Source: Nitrososphaerales archaeon (GTDB taxonomy: Archaea; Thermoproteota; Nitrososphaeria; Nitrososphaerales; UBA213). Taken from it: a DNA stretch of 64,000 nucleotides. Below are positions 63,011 to 64,000 of this stretch, in pieces. The notes under the pieces were generated by a model. It made no database searches and was not told the origin of the DNA. It worked only from the letters and a program-made list of their open reading frames with translations. The number at the start of each line of letters is the position of its first letter. Position 1 is the first letter of the stretch. The DNA lies in contig CBDAOC010000018.1 of the NCBI GenBank assembly GCA_965197925.1, positions 32,001-96,000 of the forward strand, in the 5' to 3' direction. A program made the translations under genes and the position numbers.

Positions 63011-63305
63011 ATGATTATTGTTGATTGTGTGCAAATACCTTTATGATATTGCGAAGGTTTGCATAAGAGTTGATGGTTCATATCAAGTAAATAGACTTGA
63101 CGAACAATACGATGTAATTGGCTTTGAAACATTGGACAAAGAAAATTAGCACTTCCTATGCTTGTGGGGTAAGTCTATCCATCAAACTTGTTAGAAGATG
63201 TGATCCTGACTTCAAAGGTTATATACAACTCATCTCAAAACTAACCATTTAGACAATTTTTAGCGACCATTTAGATCCATGAATAGCGACATCTAAAATT
63301 ATTTT

Positions 63306-64000
63306 ATGAAATTCCAAGAATTATCAGACAAACAGTGGAGTATGATGGAATCACACATACCACCACATGCAAAAACTGGCAGGCCTAGGGATTATGATAG
63401 AAAAATCATTAACGGAATAATCCATGTTCTAACTACTGGATGCCGATGGGACGATATGCCAAAAAGATATGGTGATGATTCTACTGCAAACAGAAGGTTA
63501 AACAAATGGCAACAAAAAGGAATCTGGAAAAAGATTCTATCACGTACTATTCACTCAGCACATAAATCTGGCAAAATTAATCTACAAAAAATATCAGTTG
63601 ACTCTTCATCCATTCCTGATAAAAAAGGGGCAATGTAACTGGATATAATGGATTCAAGAGAATAACAGGTACAAAAATACATGCCGCAGTAGAGAGTAAC
63701 GGATTTCCAATATCCATACTGTTGAGTCCAGCAAATGAACATGACAGTACAAAATGCATGGATGTTACAGGATCAATTTCAGACTATCTTGATGATGATT
63801 CAATACAACAGATAGAATCAGTTTATGCAGACAAAATGATGCAAAATACATCAGAATGTATTTGTGGGATAGAAATATTGCATGTTGCATCCCATACAAA
63901 ATAAATTCCAAGTTCATCTTGCAAAATAATGATTGCAAACATTGCAACAAGACAAGATTTGTAGTTGAGAGATTCCTTGCATGGCTCAAGAATGGATTTC
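63306..64000 (+). mobile_element. IS5-family transposase (split ORF, further frameshift), truncated by window edge
   Basis: ELSDKQW, GRPR..DRKIINGI..VL.TGCRW, VDSS, AAAAAAGGGG slippery site, GTKIHAAV, ANEHD, VYADK followed by a frameshift, RFVVERFLAWL. Confidence 0.88.

Noticed and set aside
1..64000. CRISPR arrays, rRNA genes, restriction-modification or other known defence systems
   Set aside because: No regularly spaced repeats, no long GC-rich rRNA-like tract and no diagnostic protein motifs were seen.

Overview
AT-rich archaeal chromosomal window. The gene content (exosome/SBDS operon, RpoD-L18e-L13-S9, L1/L10/L12, proteasome beta, prefoldin, archaeal-type aminoacyl-tRNA synthetases, PsbP-like and DUF4352-like membrane proteins) points to Nitrososphaerota (Thaumarchaeota); the taxonomy is inferred. 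Most of it is housekeeping: ProRS, MetRS, CysRS, AlaRS, LeuRS, AhcY, NadE, LeuCD, Hom, BirA, Lhr, RPA, YchF and one tRNA-Val(GAC). The backbone is interrupted by at least eight IS copies or remnants: two pairs with readable terminal inverted repeats, one edge-truncated copy and three decayed relics. Several of these sit where conserved operons break off. There is also a ferritin/Dps-like pseudogene and a decayed tyrosine-integrase relic next to a tRNA 3'-end fragment. I found no CRISPR array, rRNA or recognisable defence island, and no clear-cut new multi-gene system. The best leads are a stand-alone Mre11/Rad50 (SbcCD-like) pair with GNHD changed to GNRD, a LeuRS with Met at the editing-site gatekeeper Thr, structured non-coding elements upstream of the DEAD-box helicase and proS, and a general signature of IS-driven genome erosion.
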